From NCBI RefSeq assembly GCF_036321535.1, contig NC_087472.1, forward strand, positions 92,258,001 through 92,322,000: a stretch of 64,000 bases of DNA, written 5' to 3'. Every line of letters starts with the position of its first letter. The first letter of the stretch is position 1. The DNA is from Camelus dromedarius. Taxonomy: Eukaryota. The translations under genes and the position numbers were made by a program. The notes under the pieces were generated by a model that was not told the DNA's origin, searched no databases, and saw nothing but the letters and a program-made list of their open reading frames with translations. This document shows, piece after piece, positions 1 to 14,915 of the stretch.

Positions 1-844
1 CAGCTTTAAAAAAAGATCAGCATGTGCTTTGTGATCCTAACAAGTATTGAAAACTAAAAAATTTTAAACAAATATTAGAAATTACAAGACTTAGAAGGCA
101 TAGGAGAGAAACAGCAGCATTTATATTCATGTTTAGAGTATGTTTCAAGGTTTAGTGAATAAAGCAAATGTGTTCTTCAAAGGATGGCAGTAAGTAAACA
201 GAGTATAGTTATCTAATGGAACATTAAGTGCTCATTACAAGCTCCAAAATTTCTTTTATTGACACCAGAACAAAACAGTGACTACAGACAATACTTTTAT
301 ATTTAAAATACCCCTTAAATGTTAGTTTGGACTTTAAATTTTTTCCCTGCTAAACACATTACACAGTATCATTTGAGACAAAGTCTATGTTATTCATAAT
401 GAATCTGTGATGCTGTTTATATCCCAGGAAGTTCTGGTTGATATATTTGAGTGTAACCAATGCTAAACCCAAATGGTGATTAAGAAATAAATAATCAGAC
501 CTTCTAGTTAAGGCACATAGTAAGCTACTTCTTTATGTCTTACACAGAATTCATAAAATGTCTTTAATTTACATATTCATGTTGAACTGTCCATCTACAA
601 TTCATTGGATTTTTTAAGTCCTCCAGATGGAACAACAGATGCTAACATAATGACTAAAAGCTTTGGTCAAGCATTTTAAGAAAAGAAAACATTAAATCCT
701 CTTATAATGCAAAAGTCATATATTTTGACATGAGTAAAACCAACTCCATTTCCATGCAGTTTTCTCAAAGGTAGTTTTAAAAATTCTTTTACATATATAT
801 TACAAAATATCCACATCATTTGCAAATTAAGAGTTGCCTTTTCT

Positions 845-1007
845 GGGGGAGCCTGTAGCTCAAGTGATAGAGTGCATGCTTAGCATGCATGGGATTCCGG
901 GTTCAATCCCCAGTAACTCCTCTAAAAATAAATAAACCTGATTACCTCTCTCCCCTCCTCCACCAAAATTTTTTAAGTAATTAAATAATACAATAATAAA
1001 TAAATAA
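845..1007 (+). mobile_element. tRNA-derived SINE (Vic-1-like, camelid)
   Basis: ggggga..tagctcaagtg.tagag (A box), gggttcaatcccc (B box), followed by a taaataaacctgattacctc tail and an A-rich end. Confidence 0.85.
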
Positions 1008-2519
1008 CCAATGTCAAATGTTAACCTCACAGAGCTATAAATTTAACCTCCTCAGTGGAGATGAAGATGAAATCTAGAGAAAGTACATACTCCCATGTAC
1101 ACAGTAGACAATTAAAAAAAAAACTAAATCATGATGAAACCTATTACTTGGGATTTTAATGCAGTAAATGTTAGTTACACTTCTATTCTGAACTCTCCCA
1201 GTTCTCATCATCTTATTATATTACATCGTAGGTTTTTAAAAACCCAAATAATAGTTTTAAGTATTAGTCTCAGTCCATTTAACCTTATCTATTTTCTCCA
1301 TCTCTAATCATTAGTGTGCTTTTTCCCACAGTTCTCCACAAGTTCTCACTGTCCTTCTCAATTTGGTGTCTAGGAAAGAAGAAATAAAACCTGGGGCTCC
1401 ATTAAGAATAATGCACAGAGTGAATATGATAGGAAACTGGCTTGTGGTTTTAATTTTTTCCTTAGTCTTGAATACATTAAGCTGACAGAGGTCAGTTTAT
1501 TAACAAAATACCCCATAGTGAAGTAGCAGCATGATCCATACTGTTTTTGCAATGATTCAGTTGTAGATTACATGTATTATTGTTCATTTTGAAAAATGAT
1601 AGGAATTTATTCAAACTAATATTGGAATGATATAACATCAAGTCCGGTAGGAACTTACTGCTTAATCAGCTTGGTTTTATTTATACCAAGTAATAAATCT
1701 AAATCTCTTGCCAGTAAGTAGTAACAATAAAATTATGAATATAGGAGCTATATATAAAATATTTTTGTAATTCTCTAACTAAAAGAAAAACAGATATCTA
1801 TACACACATACATGTGTATGAAAATATAGGTGTACATGGCAGTATGTTTACTTTCTCTAAAACATCTAATTAATTTACTGAACTATTTATCTCACCCAAT
1901 ATCACATAAATTTTAAATAAGTTTTAGTATTGACATTGTATACTAAGTTTAGTCTTCATATTTCAAAGAGTTTCATGGAGTGAGATACTAAATGCAATTT
2001 AGTATTGAGGTTACAGCCATCTTTATTCATTGTGTTCAAAGACTTAAATGCCATAAAATGTATTGGAATCTTTCATCAGGATTCTAGATCCTGTTACATT
2101 ATATCTTATGCTTAAAAGTTTTTTTAGATATGTAGTCATCTATCTTCACCAGGGATGCAGGATCCCTAGAGTTCAATTTCAGTCTCAGATTAAATGAGAC
2201 AGAAATGATGTAGAATGTTGGGCAATAGAGGATTCTTTAGCTTGTCCTACTAAACCTTCCACACCAGAGCTTCCATACTGAAATAGATGCAATGTTGAGT
2301 TTTCAGTTAATTTTGCTGATGTCAAAACTAAAAGTAGTTAATATAAAGTGCCAACATAATGGTTTGAGTTTCATAAATTTTATGGAAAAATCAATGCCTG
2401 TCAAACTGAAGAGCCAACATGAAGTAGAGAAAGGACGCTCTTTTTAAAAAATCTTTGATATGATAATTTTAAAATGCACTCCAAACTGTTAAGGATGGTC
2501 ATTTATGCTAAAATGGACT

Positions 2520-2752
2520 TTTTTTGGTAAACTATACATGACATAAAATTTATTTTTAACTCTTTTAAGTGTACAATTTGGTGGCATTTAGTACATTTGT
2601 AATGTTGTGCAACCATCACTGCTATCCATTTCCATAACTTTTTCATCATCCCAAGCTGAAACTCCATACCCATTAAACAATAACTCCCTACTCCTCCCTC
2701 TCCCAGACACTGTAAACTCTATTCTAGGTACCTCATATAAGTGGAATCATAC
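2520..2752 (-). mobile_element. L1MB-like 3' fragment
   Basis: aagtgtacaatttggtggcatttagtacatt..tccatacccattaaacaataactccc..ggtacctcatataagtggaatcat. Confidence 0.75.
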
Positions 2753-2827
2753 TCAAATGGATATGAAATGTGACCCACAAAGAAGGAACCAGTTTTGTAA
2801 AAAAAGAAGTGACATTAAAAAGTCAAG

Positions 2828-2828
<1 letters not shown>

Positions 2829-2863
<35 letters not shown>

Positions 2864-2911
2864 TTATATATATATATATATATATATATGTATTTACATA
2901 TATAAATATAT
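2829..2911. repeat. (TA)n microsatellite, interrupted
   Basis: Two long (TA) runs separated by tgtatt. Confidence 0.95.
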
Positions 2912-2929
2912 AGTCAGACCAAAAGCAGA

Positions 2930-3130
2930 AATTTCTGGTGTACAGTATAATACTTCAGACATACATTAACGTACATATATTTGTTTTCATATTCTTTTTC
3001 ACTATTAAGTTACTACAAGATATTGAACATAGTTCCCTGTGCTATACAGTATGAACTTGTTTATCTATTTTATATATATTAGTCAGTATCTGCAAATCTC
3101 AAACTCCCAGTTTATCCCATCCCATCCCCT
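2930..3130 (-). mobile_element. L1 3' UTR fragment related to the young camelid family
   Basis: Reverse complement resembles the 3' UTR of the + strand copies (tactgtatagcacagggaac, gatactgac..atataaaatagataaacaag). Confidence 0.8.
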
Positions 3131-3132
3131 AG

Positions 3133-3330
3133 CAATATATTTTATCTTACCAAATATTATCACTTAAATGTGTAATCAATGTAAAAAATTAAAATGAGAT
3201 ACTTAACATTATTTTGTTTAAATCTAGTGTGTATTTTACACTTGAAGCACATTTCAATCCAGTCTAGTCACATTTCAAGTGTTCAATAGGCACATACTGC
3301 TAATGTCTACTATATTGGACAGAATAGTTC
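3133..3330. mobile_element. hAT-Charlie DNA transposon remnant (MER3/MER33/Charlie1-like)
   Basis: gtgtgtattttacactt..agcacatttcaat...ctagtcacatttcaagtgttcaatag..cacat...ctaatgtctactatattggacag. Confidence 0.7.
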
Positions 3331-4109
3331 CAGACATTTGACCACTTCTCTAATTAACTAATCATTCTATCCAAGAGTATTTATTGGACTTCTCTTCCAT
3401 TCTCACAATTGAGTTTGTTGGAAGGAACCTAAGAGAATCGGAAGCAGGAGAGTGCAAATAAAAGAATGGAACTTCATTAGAAATGATGATGATGATTTAT
3501 ATTTAAAATTATAAATTCATGTCCACAGTGTACTTCGAGTTTCCTCCTTGGTAAAATGTAGATAATAATGCTTATAAATCATTTTGCATAGTGCCTGCCA
3601 TTGAGCTAGTAATCAAAAAGAAAAGTAGTTCTTCTCAAACAAGGAGGTAGGTATGAGTTTTCTTAGTGGTCTGCAAGCCTAGAAGCATACACCTGTAACA
3701 CCTGGGTCAGGTAAGAAGGATGACCTGTGACAGGAAGACTGAGCCATTTCTAAAAGGCAAGCAGTCCATGGTATCGTACTGGTAGGGTGATCATAATGAA
3801 AACATTCCAACCACTTTTGAAATCCAAAGCTGTCAAAACAAAAACAAATCCAAGGCTGGGTCTTGCCGATGAGCTATGTCAGGCAACAAGGTAACACCAA
3901 AAGCAAGGCCAAAATGTTCAATCAAATCAAAAGGCACATAGGTCTGGGGTAGGGAGCACTGCTGACCAAATGCTCTCCTTCATGTGCACTCTCGTAACAG
4001 CATCAAAAATAATAGCATTATTTTAGATTTTAAAAATATCACTCATCATTTTAAGCATAGCTAATTGATAGCCTGTATTTATGGATTCTAGTACCTGACA
4101 TTCTTAGGG

Positions 4110-4550
4110 GTGTAAAACACGTTTTTTTTTTAAATGCTGTCTTGACCCAAGTTCACTTGAGGCCCTGGATAGAGGCCAGTCAGTTCCTCTTCTCAAGTTG
4201 TTGATTAATGCACCTTAACCATTTCTCTTATTAGGCTCTTGCCCTAGAAACCAGGCACCAGGCACTAGGTACAGTTCCTATGCCCTTGAGCCCGTGAAAC
4301 TATTCAAATTAGCCACTTGGCAGGGAGTCCTCCAAGTCTAGCTAATCCTACTCCACTTGTCATATGACAGCTACCCTATAGCTCCAGCTTGCTGTTACCC
4401 TATCCCTAGGTACAACCCCTTGTGTGCCCTGCCTGACAGTCTCCTCTCAGTTGGATCTATAAGTAACAAACTACAAATCCTTTCCTTTATCTCAGCATCG
4501 GTGTGTTGTGTCCTGCCAGCAAGATTATGTTTAAATCTTATAAAATATGG
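4110..4550 (+). mobile_element. Solo ERVL-type LTR (MER73/MER74-like)
   Basis: tgt start; caggcaccaggcactaggtacagttcctatgccc..gagccc.tgaaactattcaaattagcc core; agtaacaaa poly(A)-like region. Subfamily tentative. Confidence 0.55.
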
Positions 4551-5048
4551 GTCCTAGTCTACTTTGTATGTTGTCCTCAGATACATTTTTTTGTGACTAA
4601 TCATTTTCTTTTTCTTCTTGCAACCCTCAGTGGTGAATTGAATCCCACAGGAATCTTGTACAGTACGTGCTGAGGGTCTATCCCTCCAGAAGTTTTGCTT
4701 TATACTGCTCCTAGACAGTACCGGCCTTGTACGATTTTTATGTAACTTTTTTGACTTAAGGGCTTTCAGGCCATGCAGGTGGTGTAAATTCAAATGCCCA
4801 AACACACAAGGTTATGGATTAACAGGATACTGGGTTTTTTTGCTTGTTTTAAATAAATTAAGAGCTCACACCAGGACAGGCAAACTTCTTCCTGTGTCAG
4901 TGGTCATATTTTTTTCTTCATTTTCACTTTCACTGTAACCCATTTAGAATCCTTAGTTTATATGGGAATCTGAGTTCCAATGTCTTACCTTTTGAAAGTC
5001 CAAGACCTAGTCTCATCTCTGCATATAACTAATAAAATCCAAGCCTTT

Positions 5049-5790
5049 GGAACCCTCCTACACTGCTGGTGGGAATGCAGTTTGGTGCAGTCACTGTGGA
5101 AAACAGTATGGAGATTCCTCAAAAGACTAGGAATAGACTTACAATATGACCTAGTAAACCGCTCCTGGGCATATATCCAGAAGGAACCCTACTTCAAAAA
5201 GACACCCCTCCCCCAAAAAAAGACACCCAATGTTCATAGCAGCACTATTTACAATAGCCAAGACATGGAAACAGCCTAAATGTCCATCGACAGATGACTG
5301 GATAAAGAAGAGGTGGTATATTTATACAATGGAATACTATTCAGCCATAAAAAAGACAGCATAATGCCATTTGCAGCAACATGGTGTCCCTGAAGAATGT
5401 TATTCTAAGTGAAGCAAGCCAGAAAGAGAAAGAATATATGAGATCGCTCATATGCAGAATCTAAAAAAAAAAAAAGAACATAAATACAAAACAGAAACAG
5501 ACTCATAGACATAGAATACAAATTTGTGGTTGCAAAGGGGAAGGGGGTGGGAAAGGACAGAATAGGATTTCAAAATTTGTAGATACTGACAGGGATATGC
5601 AGAATCGATAAATAAGATTATACTGTATAGCACAGGGAAATATATATTAGATCTTGTGGTAGCTCACAGCGAAAAAAAAATGTGACAATGAACATATGCA
5701 AGTTCTTGTATAACTGAAAAATTGTGCTCCACGCTGGAATTTGACACAATATTGTAAAATGACTATAACTCAATAAAAATGTTAAAAAAA
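5049..5790 (+). mobile_element. 5'-truncated young camelid-type L1 (ORF2 C-terminus + 3' UTR)
   Basis: ORF2 C-terminal motifs [19 protein letters not shown], and the 3' UTR shared with the other copies. 17-bp TSD aaaatccaagcc(t/c)ttgg at 5034-5050 and 5787-5803. Confidence 0.93.
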
Positions 5791-8700
5791 TCCAAGCCCT
5801 TGGTAGCTGATAATGACAATCCTAACACTCATCTGCTCCCCCAACCCTACAGTGGCCTCAGAGTCAGGTTCTTTTAACTGCTCTAGTGTTTAGTTCCTTC
5901 TTTCCTTTTGGCCCCTGTGATTTCTTTTTTTAAACGTTAGTGCAAGCTCAGTTAATCATTTTAAAAGTCCATCTATTCTATTTTATCCAGCATTTCTCAG
6001 TGTTTAAAAGCATGGAAGGTGGGTATCTAATCAATCACATATTCAGAAATGGATATCCATTATTTTTTTAAAAATTCAAAGCATCAAATGAAGTGGACAA
6101 TTAATTAAATGAAGTATTTTTAAGTTCAATTTATAACATCTAGAAAAAAATAGGTAATTTTTATCACATTCTTGAAAAGTTTTAAAGGGTGGGTAAATTG
6201 AGGTTATATGGATTATATGAGTATATACATAAGTATATAAATAAGAACTTAGAATAAATCCTGGCACAGAGTAAACAGTAAGTATTAACGAGTCTCATAT
6301 CTAATACTTATTGCTATTCTTATATTGATGGAAATTATCTAAATGAATAATGCATTGTTTTCACCATGGCCAGAAATGGCACTTCCTAACCTTGTTATTG
6401 ATATAGTCTAAAATGTATATATTTTTGCTTAAGAATAAAACCATCAAGTTTTTTATTCAAAGTTATCACATCTTGACACATTAAACAAACACTGCTTGAT
6501 TAATACATTTTGGACAACTCATTCAGTATGTTGAAAGATTAAACAAAAATTTAAGGTAATGAACATCTAGAGAGCTATCATTAGAAATTACTCATAAGAG
6601 AGATATTTTGCTCTAGGGCTGAACTCCAAATCAAGATTAAATAGCCAAAATGATTAAACTCAGTTTCACTATTTTGATCAGCTTTAATCATTTTGATTTC
6701 AAAATTTGAATTAATCTAAATGATCTTTGAGTTGCAAAATACGACAGCTTCTTACTTATAAAAACAGCTAATCTGTAATATGTTACAGTTTATTAAAAAT
6801 AATATATGTGATGGTTGTGGGCATTAATTCTAACATATTACTAAACACACAAAGTCTGGAAAGATATGTACCTATTATCAATTTCATCAATTCTTATTAA
6901 GTTACAGTCAGTAAAAGCACACTAAAGTTTATGAAATATTTCAACAAAAATAGTTTTTTAAAGGAGGAGATAAAAGGTACCATTTAAAACAAAAAAGAAA
7001 CAGAGAAATAATAAAAGTAATCACAACACTTCCAGGCTAGACCACAATATACCATTTAATTACATCAGTGGCAGAAGAATTAAAGTTTCATACTAAAATG
7101 TGTTTCAGTTGAACTTAAAAGATAAATCTTTCATAGTGATCAACAGAGCTAATATGAAAAGTACGATGCCCTGCTATTAATTATCCAGTGTAGTAAATCA
7201 TAAACTGAAGTTCAGGAAATTAAATTTTATTCCTAAATTTGTCACCATGATGCTCTGTGACCTTGATAAAGCCACTTAACCTTTCTTTGCTTCAGCTTCC
7301 TCATCCATAAAAACAGGAGGAAGATGTACCTTTTCAGAACATCCATTCAGCCTATGGTTGATTGGAAAGTAGTTTAAATATATCGCTACATTAATTCTGT
7401 TAAAAATGTTATAACAAGTATAAAAATACTACTAAAAACCATCACAACCTTGTAGCAATAACCTTGGTCCTTTTGCTTTTTCAAGTCACTTTTCCTTTTC
7501 TCACTTCCTCACTGTTCTTGCTGACTCCGACATTTTGTTGGGAAAAATTTGCCCTTATGTAATATTTTGACAATGCATTTTCTTACCATTACTTTACTCT
7601 ATGATCTAGCCCTAGAAATGAAATGGCTTTCACCTGTTCTGACTCATTCAAAATTTTATGATGGAAATATGGTTGTTATTTTGTTTTGAATCTTTCTTTT
7701 TAAAATTAAAGAAAATAATTTGGCCAGAAGGAAAAATAAGTATTATCAAATAAAAGTGTATACCACATAATTAATACTTCTGGAAAAATTTTTATATAGT
7801 GTGCATTTTTTTCTCAGATAACACAAATCCAAAAACATGTACCATAACTAATTATGTCTAAATTTTTTATCTAAATAATTCACATAGTAACAAGAGCTAA
7901 GCTCACATAATTTATTTTGGAGGTACTTTGGTTCTTATGGAAGAACCGTGTACATGTTTTTTTTTCCCCATACCCACATTCCCACAAATAATCTGGCAGA
8001 GGGTTAGAGTTAAAGGTAGTCTGGATGTGAATTAGAGTTAGTATAAAGAACCCTAGGATATGACAATTTAAACCAAAACAAATCTGAGTATTTTCACATT
8101 TTATTTAGCAATACTGAAGTACAGAAAATTATTATATGACCCACAAAATAATTTTATAAATATCAAACCACATTTTATAATCTCCAAGAAATCATAATAT
8201 CCACTATTTATATTCCCTAGAATATCTTCACCTTTGGGTTACTACTACCCTGGAATACTTTCCTCTGGGTTACTACTACCTTCCTTCTCTCAGTACATTT
8301 GGCTGGGCTAGACCCATGACCCAAAGCAGCCTAAACAATACCTAGTAAATGTGAACATACACATACTGTGAATAAACAAATCCACTCCTAGGTAAAAATC
8401 CTTTATCAATACCCACTTATATGTACAATGAAAAATATGTGTTTGAGTGTGTGTATGTGTCTCTGCTTATAAGATGGTTAAAGGCAATATTACCTGCATT
8501 AGCAAAAAATCACAACAGTCCCAATTATTTGTCAACAAGCTGTCAGACATTCATATAATACAATACTATAACATAAAAGTAATAAACTGTGGATAAATAG
8601 AACACAAATAAATTTTTAAAACAAAATTTGAAGTTGAAAAAGCCAGACACAACAGAATACAGAATGTGTGAGTCCAAATTTATAGGTTTCAAAAACAGGC

Positions 8701-10883
8701 AAAATGTTAGCTATATTGCTTAGGCATACATTATCAGCTAGCATAACTTTTTTAAAAAGACAAGAAAACAAATAACGTAAAAGTCATGATGGCATTACCA
8801 TAATCAGTAGAAGGGAAGGAGTTTATATTCAGAAGGGTATGCAGAGGACTTCTGTGATGCCCACAATGTTCTCTTCATCTACGTGGGTTCATTTGATGTT
8901 AAATATCTGCATATTTATATTTTATGTACTTTGTTATGTCCTATTATTAAATGAAAACAAACAAGTAAAGAAATATGGGCTGGATTATGGATTTCTTAGT
9001 AGTATTAAAAACTATACCTAAAGAGAGGTGAACAATATATTTACGGAAAAAAATATGTATGTAAAAGAATGTTAAACAGCTTTATGTAGGACTTTTTGCA
9101 TAGAATACTTAGAATGATGAAAACAGAAATATCTTCCAATAAAAATCTACTGACACTTGTCCAGAAAGGGAAGCTAATATGGTATAATATAGATTCAAGA
9201 ATAGAAAAGAACTTGATAAACTGGAAGACATGTTAAAAACAAACATGAAACAACACAGCTAGCTTTACATGTGAAACAAGGAGATAAAGACTTAATTCTA
9301 TTTTTAAAAAATGAGAATGAAGCAATCTTAACAGGAAAATTCAGTCCTTTATTTGCATCTAAAAGTTCAACTACAGGCAGGCACTTGACTTAACAATTAA
9401 TATAAGGAAGATGATTTTGACTTAAAATGCAATACAGAGCAGAAATGTAATATAGAAAAATTTTAAAAGGTTGATGTAATACACAGTAATGTTAACAAAA
9501 GTAAATAAAGTATGGGATTTGGATTGAGGCAGTTATTCCAACACTATTTTTCTACTTTTCGTGTGACAAGGTATCAATTTGCCCAATGTAAACACAATTT
9601 AAGAATGAAATATGTCCATGATTTTGAATTAATTCATTCAAGAATGCACATCTACTGAGTGGCTACTATGGGTCAGACATGCTAGGTAATCACTGAGTTT
9701 GAGAACACCAAGATGAAATGATATTATTGCTTTTGGTTTCAGTTTCCACATGTAAATAGCTTGCAAGTCATCACTCCTATTGTTACAAAAAGAAGCTAAA
9801 AATCAATAGCTTTTCTTAGACCTCTAAGAGAACTGAGGTTTTGGGGCAAAGAGCCACCCCCAAATTTGGAAACACAGATCAACCCAAAGGGTCACAGCTG
9901 AGACCTGTTTATTTGGAGAAGCCACTGGAGCCAGAAATTCCATCAGCAACCATCAGAATCAGACTCAGAAAAGACATAAATATTAAAATGATCAGACAGG
10001 GAATTTAAAATAACTATATTTAATGTCTTAAGTGCTCTAATGGAAAAATACAGATACTGTGCAAAAACAGATGGATAATTTAAACACAGAAATGGAAATT
10101 CTTAGCAAGAATCAAAAGGAAATGTAAGAAATTAAAACACTGTGACAGAAATGAAGATTGTCTTTGATGGGCACATCAGTATACTGAACATAGCCAAGTT
10201 AAGACTTAGTTACCTTAAAGATGGGTCAATAGAAGCTTCATAAATCAAAATGCAAAAAGAGAAAAGAATGAAAAAAATGTTAACATAATATTCAAGACCT
10301 GTGGATAATTTCAAAAGGCATAATACATGTATAATTATAATACTAGAAAGAGAAGAAAGAATGGACCAAAAGAAATACTTGATATAATAAAGGCCATGGA
10401 ATTTCCAAAATTAATGACAGACACCAAACAAGAAAGCTCAGAAAACACCAAGCAGGATAAGTAACAAAATTACTACATCTAGACATATTTTCAACCTGCA
10501 GAAAAACAAATAGAAAATCTTGAAAAAAAACACAGGAAATTGACATATCTATAGAGGAACAAGGGTAAGAATCAGAGTGAACCCCTTCTCAAAAAACATT
10601 CAAGAAATAAGAGAGTGAAGTGGAGTATTTAATGCAGTGAAAAATAAAGGGACTTTTGGACAAACAAGCCTGAAGGAATTTATCATCACCAGACCTTCAT
10701 TGCAAGAAATGTTAATATAAGCTATTCAGGAGGAGGAAAATGTATAGGTCAGAAACTTGAATCTACATAGAAATTAAGAGTGTCGTAGAATCAGTAAATG
10801 AGGGTAAAATAACATCTTTACCTTATTATAAATTGACCTAAAAGACAACTATTTGTCTAAAGTAATAAGAATATATTGGGTGA

Positions 10884-11835
10884 ATCCAAAAATGGGCAGA
10901 AGACCTAAACAAGCAATTCTCCAAGGAAGAAATACAAATGATCAATAGGCACATGAAAAAATGCTCAAGATCACTAATTATCAGAGAAATGCAAATCAAA
11001 ACTACAATGAGGTATCACCTCACACCAGTCAGAACGGCCATCATTCAAAAGTCCACAAATGACAAATTCTGGAGAGGCTGTGGAGAAAAGGGAACCCTCC
11101 AACACTGCTGGTGGGAATGCAGTCTGGTGTAGCCACTGTGGAAAACAGTATGGAGATTCCTCAAAAGACTAGGAATAGACTTACCATATGACCCAGGAAT
11201 CCCGCTCCTGGGCATACATCCAGAAGGAACCTTACTTCAAAATGATACCTGCACCCCAATGTTCATAGAAGCACTATTTACAATAGCCAAGACATGGAAA
11301 CAGCCTAAATGTCCATCAGCAGGTGACTGGATAAAGAAGATGTGGTATATTTATACAATGGAATATAATTCTGCCATAAAACCAACCGACAACATAACGC
11401 CATTTGCAGCAACATGGATGTCCCTGGAGAATGTCATTCTAAGTCAAGTAAGCCAGAAAGAGAAAGAAAAATACCATATGAGATCGCTCATATGTGGAAT
11501 CTTAAAAAAAGAAAAAGAACATAAACACAAAACAGAAACAGACTCATAGACATAGAATACAAACTTGTGATTGCCAAGGGGGCAGGGGGTGGGAAGGGAT
11601 AGACTGGGATTTTAAAATGTAGAATAGATAAACAAGATTATACTGCATAGCACAGGGAAATATAAACAAGATCTTGTGGTAGCTCACAGTGAAAAAAAAA
11701 ATGTGACAATGAATATATGTGTGTTCATGTATAACTGAAAAATTGTGCTCTACACTGGAATTTGACACAACATTGTAAAATGACTATAACTCAATAAAAA
11801 ATGTTAAAAATAAAATATATAAAAATAAATAAAAA
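10884..11835 (+). mobile_element. 5'-truncated young camelid-type L1 nested in an old L1
   Basis: [25 protein letters not shown] and [11 protein letters not shown] motifs with an A-rich tail. TSD aagaa(t/c)atattgggtga at 10867-10883 and 11836-11852. Confidence 0.94.
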
Positions 11836-13729
11836 AAGAACATATTGGGTGATTATAGCATATGGATAAGTGAAATGAATGATAGCAATGTCATAAAGGA
11901 TGAGAGGGAAGAAGTAGGAATATTTTCTAGTAAGGTACCTGCACAACACACAAAGAGGTATGGTGTTTCTTAAGGGTGGTCTTAGATTAGTTAAAAATAT
12001 GTATAAAAATATCCAAGGCAACCACTAAAATTTTTTTAAATAAGAAAAATTTATATTAACAAAGGAGAGATAAAGTAGAACCATATAAAATGTTCAATTA
12101 AAACCAGAGAATGCAGAGAGGGAAAAAAAGAAGTTCAATGAAATGAAAACACTGACAAACATGAATCTGGCAATTTCAATAATCACTTTCAATGTAAGTA
12201 ATCTAACCATATTAATTACAACAAAGAGAATATCAAAATGGATAAAAAATTAAGATCTAACCATGCTCTCTATAAGAAACCTACTTTAAAATTAAGAACC
12301 AGATAGGTTAAAAGTAAAGGGATAAAGAAAGATACACCATGCTAACATTATTCAAAAGAAAGGTTGGTATATTAATTCAGACAAAGCTGACTTCAGAGCA
12401 AGGAAAATATGAATAAAGAGGGACATTGCATAATGACAAAGAGATCAATTCTCCAAAAAGTCATAATAACCCTAAATACATATGCACCTAACAATAGAAC
12501 ATGAAAACTGTGAGGCAAAAACTTACAGAATTGGAAGGATAAACAGGCAAATCCACTACTAAAGTTGGAGATTTCAACACTACTTTCAGTAACTGAAAGA
12601 TCAAGCAAGCAGAAGATCAGTAAGGATACAGCTGATTTGAACAACACTATAAGTAAACTTTATTTAACTGACATTTAAAGAATTCCAATCTAACAATAGC
12701 AAAATATACATTCCTCTCAATCTCTCACAGGACATTTGCCATGAGAGATCACATTCTAGTTCATAAAATACACGTTAACAAATTTTTAAAAATAGAAATC
12801 ATACAAAGTGTGTGCCCAGATCACAAAGAAAATAAACTAGAAATCAGTAAGAGACAAATAGCTGGGAAAGTCACCAAATGTTTAGAAATTAACACATTTC
12901 TAAATAACACAGGGGTCAAAGAATGATTCTCAAGAGAAATTTTAAAATATTTTGAACAAAATGAAAATGTAACTTATCAAAATTTGTGGGATACAGCAAA
13001 AGCAGTGTTTAAAAGAAATTTATATAATTAAGTCTATGTTTTAGAAAAGAAGAAAACTCAAATAACACCTTAAACCTCTGCTCTGTGAAAGTCATTGTTT
13101 TAAAAAAAAATCAAAGGAAAAGCTACAGACTGGGAAAAATATTTGCAAAACGTACATCTCAAGAAGGAGTTGTATCAAAAATATACAAAAACTTCTTAAA
13201 ACTGGGCAACAAAAAAGCAAACATCCCAGTTAAAAAGGGAGGTAAATATCTGAACAGACACTAGACCAAGTAAGATATACAAAAGGTAAACAAGCACATA
13301 AAAACATGTTCAAAATAATTAATCATCAGAAATTGGCAATTAAAAAATGAGATACCACTACAGACCTATTGGAATGGTAAAATCCAAACAATAGAGGTCT
13401 GATTGGTGGAAGGATGCAGAACAACTGGAATTCTTCATTGTTTACAGAAATGCAAAATGGTACAGCTACTTTAGAAGACAGTTTGGCACCTTCCCACAAA
13501 GCTAAATATAATCTTCCCATATACTCTAGAAATTATATTCCTAGGTATTTTTTCAACTGATTTGAAAACTTAGGTCCACAGGAAAACCTGCACAATAATG
13601 CGTATAGTAGCTTTACTCATAATCTCCCCAAACTGGAAGCACCCAAGATGCACCATTCAAAAGAAAATGGACAAATTATAGTACAGCCACACAGTGTAAT
13701 GTTACTGTGATAGAAATAAATGAGCTATT

Positions 13730-14060
13730 ATGAATGAACCCTGAAGACATTATACTGAGTGAAAGAAGTCATATACCAAAAGACAAATAGTGTATAATTC
13801 CACTTTTTTGAAGTACCTAGAATGGTCAAATTTATAGTTACAGAAAATAGAGGAGTGGTTGCCAGAGGTTAATGGCAGAAGAGAATATGGAGATACTGTT
13901 TAATGGGTTCAGTTTCAGTTTTGAAAGATGAAAAGTTCTAGAGATGGATGGTGGTGACCACTGCACACAATGTGAATGAACTTAATGCCAGTGAAACATA
14001 CACTTTAAAATGGTTAAAATAGTGAATTTTGTTAGTTATATTTTACAACAAAACCAAAAA
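13730..14060 (+). mobile_element. L1MB-like 3' end
   Basis: atgaaccctgaagacattat..tgtttaatggg..gatgaaaagttctagagatggatggtggtga..aatggttaaaat.gtgaatttt, a typical L1MB 3' terminus. Confidence 0.75.
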
Positions 14061-14069
14061 AGATTCTAG

Positions 14070-14915
14070 AAATTTTCATACCTGGCTGCCCTCAGGACTC
14101 AAAAATTGAGTTTATATTCTTCTCTAATCATTAACCTTTGTTTCTCTTGTGTTTCCATAGAAATGCTTCAATGAATTTCTGACTGCTTGCAACCTATAGG
14201 CCTAACTTTGGGAGCTCACCTGCAACACTGCCTCCTAAAATGAGACACAACTTCCTTTAGTGAACTAACCTATTCTCAGGACTAAGAATGGTTCATTGAG
14301 ATACGAAGCAATCCACCAACACAGCTTTTAGACTATAAAATTTATTGGGGAAGTTTCAAAGGTGGGCATAAACAGTAGCAGAATATGCCAACCCAAAATA
14401 TGTCTTTTGGTATAAAGATTATTCTGAGCTGGTTATTTTGAGAAACTGCAAACATAGGAGAAGCTCTAAAAACAAAGTAAGAGTTACTCTTTTGTAAGAG
14501 AAATTTACATTTGTAAAGGAAATCTCTATTTACAAAGATGTCACCCTCTCTTAAGAGGGAGGAGAAGGATGACCCTAACTCTTAACAATGGAGATGGTGT
14601 CTAAATTTAGACTTACCCTTGTTTACTGTGCTTTTCCTGGTAATTTCCCATAACTCACCTTCCTTTCCCTCACCACCCCCCCCAAAATCTTTCTTTTGTC
14701 TTTAGCTGCAAATGATATTACGCTGGTGGCTTGGGCCTTCTTGGGGAGGTACTCAGTTTGCCATGTATATGTGACATATACATGTTAATAAACTTCTGTT
14801 TGAAAGATATTATAACTTTAAAAAATAAACTTTTGTTTTTCTCTTGTTAATCTATCTGGGGGTCCCAGCTAAGAACTCAGAAAAGTAGATGGAAAATTAT
14901 TTTTTCTCCCCTACA
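14070..14915 (+). mobile_element. ERV1 LTR (MER34-like) with probable adjacent internal fragment
   Basis: cagaatatgcca.cccaaaatatg start (about 14380), aataaa signals and a ttctcccctaca terminus at 14915. The preceding ~300 bp ends in a purine-rich tract. Confidence 0.65.

Noticed and set aside
5194..5230. Local aaaaagacaccc duplication inside an L1
   Set aside because: An ordinary slippage event in a dead L1 copy.
8230..8283. Short direct repeat tgggtttactactacc x2
   Set aside because: A simple local duplication with only two units and no array structure.
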